Positions 58,506 to 64,000 of a stretch of DNA of 64,000 nt are shown piece after piece. The stretch comes from Anaeramoeba ignava BMAN (taxonomy: Eukaryota > Protista > Anaeramoebae), in NCBI GenBank assembly GCA_028826165.1, contig JAPDFW010000068.1, positions 124,001-188,000 on the forward strand, written 5' to 3'. The position numbers and the translations under genes are program-made. The first letter of the stretch is position 1. Every line of letters starts with the position of its first letter. A model generated the notes under the pieces. It searched no databases, was not told the origin of the DNA, and was given only the letters and a program-made list of their open reading frames with translations.

Positions 58506-59847
58506 TCATTTCTTCTTTTGAGCAGCTTTTGTAAGTTTGGCTTCTCCTGTTTTTCTTTCGATTGTTTTGATAACACCAACAGCAACAGTTTGACGCATAT
58601 CTCTGACAGCAAATCTTCCAAGAGGTGGATAATCAGAATAACTTTCAACACACATTGGTTTAGAAGGAATCATTTCAACCATAGAAGCATCACCAGTCTT
58701 AATTTCTTCTGGATTTTCTTCCAAAACTTTTCCTGAACGTCTATCCATTTTACTGAGTAATTTATTGAATTTGCAAGCAATATGAGCAGTGTGACAATCA
58801 AGAACAGGTTGATAACCAGCCTTGATTTTTCCAGGATGATGAAGAACAATGACTTGAGCAGTGAAAGGATGAAACTTCAGCTGGAGGATCGGTTTTAGCA
58901 TCTCCACAAACATATCCTCTTCTCAAATCCTTAACAGCAACACCTTTGATATTGAAACCAACGTTATCACCAGGAAGAGCTTCAGGAAGAGATTCGTGAT
59001 GCATTTCAATTGATTTGACTTCAGTTGTGATCATGCAGGGGGCAAAAGTAACAATTTGTTGGGGGCGCATGATTCCAGTTTCAACTCTTCCGACTGGGAC
59101 TGTTCCGATACCGCCAATCTTGTAGATATCTTGAAGAGGAAGTCTGAGAGGTTTATCAGTTGGGCGTTTTGGAGGTTCGACTGAATCAAGAACTTCAAGA
59201 AGAGTAGGTCCTTTCCACCAAGGCAAGTTGGAACTTTTTTCAATCATGTTATCTCCCATCCATCCACTGACTGGAACAAATGGAACCTTCTTGATATCAT
59301 AACCGACTCTTTTGATATATGAAGAAACTTCCTTCTGGATTTCGTTGAATCGTGCTTCAGAATATTTGACTGATTTATCATCCATCTTGTTGACAACAAC
59401 AATCATTTGTCTGACACCAAGTGTATAAGCTAAAAGTGCATGTTCTCTTGTTTGTCCGTCTTTTGAGATTCCGGTTTCAAATCCTCCCTTTGTTGAATCA
59501 ACTACCAAAATGGCAACATCTGCTTGTGATGTTCCTGTGATCATGTTCTTGATAAAATCTCTATGTCCGGGGGCATCAATGATTGTGAAGTAATATTTGG
59601 ATGTTTCAAATTTCCAAAGTGAAATATCAATGGTGATTCCTCTTTCTCTTTCTGCCTTCAATTTGTCAAGAACCCATGCATATTTGAATGAACTTTTTCC
59701 AATATCTTGTGCTTCTTTTTCATATTTCTCAATGGTTCTTTTATCAATTCCTCCACATTTGTAGATTAAATGTCCAGTAGTTGTTGATTTTCCTGAATCA
59801 ACGTGACCAATAACAACAATATTAATATGTGTTTTTTCTTTTCCCAT
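58506..59847 (-). CDS. EEF1A: Translation elongation factor 1-alpha (single extra T at ~58865, likely assembly error)
   Basis: [21 protein letters not shown] and [10 protein letters not shown] motifs. Two overlapping ORFs join by removing one base. Confidence 0.97.
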
Positions 59848-60663
59848 TTTTTTTTTTTTGATTTAAAAACAAACTTCTATTCTAATTTCTATTATTATTT
59901 AAAAATATAATTTAATTAGTATTTATGATTTTAAACAAAACAATTTTTTTTTAAATTAATTTACTTTTTTCGTTTTGTTTAACGAAAAATGAGTTTTATT
60001 TTTTTAATTAATTGATCTTTTTAAAGTCCCAAAAAAAAAAAAAAAAATTAAATTAAAAAAAAAAATTTTTTTTTAATTTAATTTTTAATTTAATTTTATT
60101 ATAAAAAAAAAGAATTGATCCAAAAAAATTTATCAATTTTTAAAAGGAAGTTAATTAATTTAAAAAGAGTCGTGATAAGTAAATATCTTTTTTATTTAAA
60201 TTTAAATTAATTTTTTTTTTCTTTTTTTTTCCCTAAAATAAAAAAAATTAATTAAAGAAAAAAAAAAATTTTTTTTTTATTAAATTTCTTTCAAAAAATA
60301 TAATTATTTAAGACAAAAAGAAATCAATAAATCTTCATAGAATTTTATTAGAAAGTCATATGACGTCATTTAACTAAATTTTCTAATTAATTTATTTTTT
60401 TAAATTTAAATAAAAGTTTTTTTTTATTTATGATCTCTTTTTAATTAAAAAAATAAAAAAAAAAAAAAGCAAAAATGAAAAATTTCTTTATTTTTAATTT
60501 TAAATAATATTTTTATTATTAATTTATTATTTATTTATTTTTAAATAAGAAGAAAAATTGAAATTATTAATTTTTTAATTTAAATGACTAAATTTTATTT
60601 TTTTTAATTAATTTAAAATCCACTTTTTTTTTTTATTTTTTTCATTTTTTTTCTTTTATTATT

Positions 60664-62631
60664 ATGGAAGAAAATAATAATAACAATAACAATAACAATA
60701 ATAACAATAATCAATTCACACAAAATTTAATTCAACAATTTACAAATTTATTAAAATCTTCTCATAATTTTCCTGATTTTATTATTAAAACTGATTCTTA
60801 TCAATTTCCTTCTCATAAATCAATTTTAAGTTTTCGTTCTCCTTATTTTACTAATTTTTTTAAAGAAAATGAATCAAATGAAATCTCTTTTTTTGAATTT
60901 AATAATCAAACAATCTCAAATATTCTTCTTTATATTTATTCAAGTCAAATCCAATTCAATGATCAAGATTTACTTCAATTTTTCAAAGCTTCAATTTTAT
61001 TTCAACTTGATTTATTATCTAATTTTCTTGAAAACCAAATTATTCAAAAAATCAATGAAGAAAATGTTTTCCAAATTCTTTCAGATAATAAATCAATAAA
61101 TTCATCAAAATTAAATGATTCTTGTTTGGAATTTATTGAACAAAACTTCGAAAATTTAATCAAAAAATCTGAATTTCTTCATTTATCTCAACAACAAATT
61201 ATTCAAATTATTTCAAATAAATCCAAAAATCAAGAAAATATTGGAATTGAATTTTTTGATGTTCTTCATAAATATTTAAATCAAAAAATTCAAAATGTTG
61301 ATGAAAAAATCAAAAATCAAAAATTAAAACAATTATTTAATCAATTTCTTTCTAAAATTAATATTGATATTTTTAAAAAAGAAGATTTCAAAAAAATTCA
61401 AGAATTAGAATATCTTCCTACTCATTTCCTTTTTCAAATTTCAAAGAAAGAAAGTGATAAAGTTGATGAAATGAAAAAATTACAAGAAAAACTTGAAAAT
61501 GAAAAGAAGATTGAAATTGAAAAAGTTGAAAATGAAAAGAAAATTGAAATTGAAAAAATGGAAAATGAAAAAAAAATATTTCAAGAAAAACTTGAAAATG
61601 AAAAGAAAATTGAAATTGAAAAAGTTGAAAATGAAAAGAAAATTGAAATTGAAAAAATGGAAAATGAAAAAAAAAAATTTGAGAATATTTTGATCCAAAA
61701 AATGACATCTAATCAAAACAATGATCAAAGCTTCTCTGTTTTCTCCAATTTATTCCAAGAATTTTATTTATCCAATGAAGATACAATTGAAATCACAAAC
61801 ACACAAGAAATGAATGGAGAAATTAATTGTAATAATTTAATAATAAGAAATGGAGGAGTTCTTACAGTTAAAGCATGGGATGGAAATTCAGGAGGAGTAT
61901 TGAAAATCAAAGCAAAATCAATGATAATTATTGAAAAAGGAGGTAAAATTGATTTATCAGGAAAAGGATATCGAGGTGGTGATGCAGTTCCACAATGCTT
62001 AAATGGAAAAGCAAAACAAGGAGAATCATTCAATGGAAGAGGAGGAGATCTTCAAGATACAAATAAAGGAGGTGGTGGAGCTGGTTTGGGTTCAGGTAAT
62101 TTTGGAGGTATTGGAGGAGGTGGAGGAGGATATGGAACTAAAGGTGAAGATTCTGAACCAAATAGATATCGAGGAGGAAATCGTCCAGGAGGAAAAGGAG
62201 GAGAAATTTATGGAGATGAAAAAATAACACAACTTTATTTAGGATCAGGTGGTGGTTCTGGTCATCCATATTATAATGGACAAACAAAGGGAAAAGGAGG
62301 AAATGGAGGAGGAGCTTTATTATTAGAAGCAAATACTATTATTAATAATGGTGAAATTTATTGTAATGGAGAAAAAGGTGAAGATGGAATTAATGGAACA
62401 TATGGTTCAGGAGGAGGAGGAGGAAGTGGAGGAAGTATTTTATTTATTTCAAAATTAATTTTCAATAACGGAACAATTGAAGCTAAAGGTGGTGAAAAAG
62501 GAATTGGTCTCCATTCATCTGATCCAGGAGCTAATTCTTCAGGTGGAAAAGGAGGAAATGGAAGAATTGCTGTTTGTGGAGTTGCTAAAGGATTAACTCC
62601 AAATCCAAATTGGTTTATTTATCAAAATTAA
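60664..62631 (+). CDS. BTB-BACK + coiled coil + glycine-rich domain protein, copy B (inverted paralog of 31022-32935)
   Basis: Near-identical N-terminal half and flanks to copy A. Confidence 0.88.
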   Translation: MEENNNNNNNNNNNNNQFTQNLIQQFTNLLKSSHNFPDFIIKTDSYQFPSHKSILSFRSPYFTNFFKENESNEISFFEFNNQTISNILLYIYSSQIQFNDQDLLQFFKASILFQLDLLSNFLENQIIQKINEENVFQILSDNKSINSSKLNDSCLEFIEQNFENLIKKSEFLHLSQQQIIQIISNKSKNQENIGIEFFDVLHKYLNQKIQNVDEKIKNQKLKQLFNQFLSKINIDIFKKEDFKKIQELEYLPTHFLFQISKKESDKVDEMKKLQEKLENEKKIEIEKVENEKKIEIEKMENEKKIFQEKLENEKKIEIEKVENEKKIEIEKMENEKKKFENILIQKMTSNQNNDQSFSVFSNLFQEFYLSNEDTIEITNTQEMNGEINCNNLIIRNGGVLTVKAWDGNSGGVLKIKAKSMIIIEKGGKIDLSGKGYRGGDAVPQCLNGKAKQGESFNGRGGDLQDTNKGGGGAGLGSGNFGGIGGGGGGYGTKGEDSEPNRYRGGNRPGGKGGEIYGDEKITQLYLGSGGGSGHPYYNGQTKGKGGNGGGALLLEANTIINNGEIYCNGEKGEDGINGTYGSGGGGGSGGSILFISKLIFNNGTIEAKGGEKGIGLHSSDPGANSSGGKGGNGRIAVCGVAKGLTPNPNWFIYQN

Positions 62632-63364
62632 AATCAAAATGCAAATGAAAATTTAAATGAAAAATCAAAGTCAAATTCAAAAATAAAAAACCAAATTCAA
62701 AAACCAACAAAAAAATGAAAAACAAAAAAATGGAATTTAAAATTTAAAATTAAAATTAAAATTAAAATCAAAATTAAAATCATATTTAAGATTAAAATTA
62801 AAATCAAAATTAAAATTAAAATTAAAATCAAAATTAAAATCAAAATTAAAATTAAAATCAAAATTAAAATTAAAATTAAAATTAAAATTAAAATTAAAAT
62901 TAAAATCAATATTAAAATCGAAATCAAAATCAAATTCAAATTTAAAATTTAAAATAAAAATTTAAATGAAAATTAAAATTAAAATTAAAATTAAAATCAA
63001 AATCAAAATAAACTCAATTTTAAAAGAAAAAGAAAATCGGATAAAAATTTTTTAATTAGAAAATTAAAACAAAAAAACATTAAAAAACGTCATTCATTTT
63101 CTAATTAAAAAATAAAAGGATTTATGACGTCATTCAATAAGGAAAAAAAAAGGAAAATAAAAAGAAAAAAAATAAAAAAAAGAATTTCCATTTTTCTTTC
63201 TTTTTTTTTCAACTTCTTCTTTTTTTGAGCTTTCTGTAATTAATTTAAATTTAAATCTTAATCTTGATTTTAATCTTAAATTAATTTTAATTTTAATTTT
63301 AATTTTAATTTTGATTTTAATTTTAATTTTTAATTTTATTTGAAAAAAAAGAAAATAATCTAAA

Positions 63365-64000
63365 ATGGCTTTTCGAGCTCAATTTCAAAACAGTTCAGAT
63401 ATTGGAGTATTTACAAGACTAACAAACAAATATTGCCTTATTGGATTAGGAGGAAGTGAGAACTTTTATTCAATTTTTGAAGGGGAACTTAGCGATCACA
63501 TACCAGTAATTCATTCAACAATAGCCGGAACAAAAATCATAGGAAGGATGACAACAGGGAACAAAAACGGATTACTTCTTCCGAGCCCAACAACCGATCA
63601 GGAACTACAACTGATAAGAAACTCACTTCCGGATGAAATCGTGGTAAAAAGAATAGATGAGAGAATGACGGCTTTGGGGAACTGCATAGCTTGCAATGAC
63701 TATGTAGCATTGGTACACCCTGAAATCGAGAAGGAAACAGAAGAACTCATTGCAGATACACTTCAAGTGGAGGTATTTCGGCAAACAATCTCAGGAGAAG
63801 CTCTTGTGGGAACTTATTGTTCTTTTACAAATCAGGGGGGACTTGTCCATACAAAGACTAATGTCGAAGAACAAGATGAACTCTCCTCTTTATTACAAAT
63901 ACCCTTGGTTTCTGGAACTGTTAATAAAGGTAGTGATCTTATCTCAGCTGGTCTTTGTGTTAATGACTGGATTGCCTTCTGTGGTATTGATACTACTAGT
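63365..64000 (+). CDS. EIF6: Eukaryotic translation initiation factor 6 (runs off the window end)
   Basis: [59 protein letters not shown]. Confidence 0.96.
   Translation, partial: MAFRAQFQNSSDIGVFTRLTNKYCLIGLGGSENFYSIFEGELSDHIPVIHSTIAGTKIIGRMTTGNKNGLLLPSPTTDQELQLIRNSLPDEIVVKRIDERMTALGNCIACNDYVALVHPEIEKETEELIADTLQVEVFRQTISGEALVGTYCSFTNQGGLVHTKTNVEEQDELSSLLQIPLVSGTVNKGSDLISAGLCVNDWIAFCGIDTTS

Noticed and set aside
58855-58875. Frameshift in EF-1alpha (also Rgp1 ~5133, MED6 ~11835, RCC1-BTB ~18830) as programmed frameshifting or pseudogenes
   Set aside because: All are single-base indels in short homopolymers within otherwise intact conserved genes, which is typical of long-read consensus error. 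Read polishing is needed.

Overview
This is an extremely AT-rich, gene-dense, intron-containing eukaryotic (protist) nuclear window read in the standard genetic code. The composition, N/Q homopolymer-like tracts, intronless BTB/RCC1/TLDc expansions, TCA-type initiator and an EF-1alpha lacking the opisthokont insertion suggest an Anaeramoeba-like metamonad (inference only). I reconstructed about 23 genes by hand-splicing GT-AG introns: an SR/RRM factor, a 3xSH3 protein, Rgp1-like, a papain-family protease, MED6, BTB-BACK-TLDc, three RCC1-BTB paralogs, DRC3/LRRC48, PPAT, SLY1, RhoGAP-SH3, two BTB-glycine-rich paralogs, a RasGEF, C2-EML, an AGC pseudokinase, a Rab, PIKfyve, NOT2/3/5, EF-1alpha and eIF6. 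A decayed PIF/Harbinger-type element sits in a 4.3-kb microsatellite intron. The best candidate for an undescribed system is a repertoire of intronless BTB (Cullin-3 adaptor) genes. Their frameworks are near-identical, while their predicted ligand-binding loops are hypervariable and patchwork-shuffled. Other signals include intron-private minisatellites, tandem TCATTT initiators, stop codons embedded in (T/C)AAAAT arrays, and several catalytically dead signalling enzymes. Several single-base frameshifts, including one in EF-1alpha, look like assembly errors.
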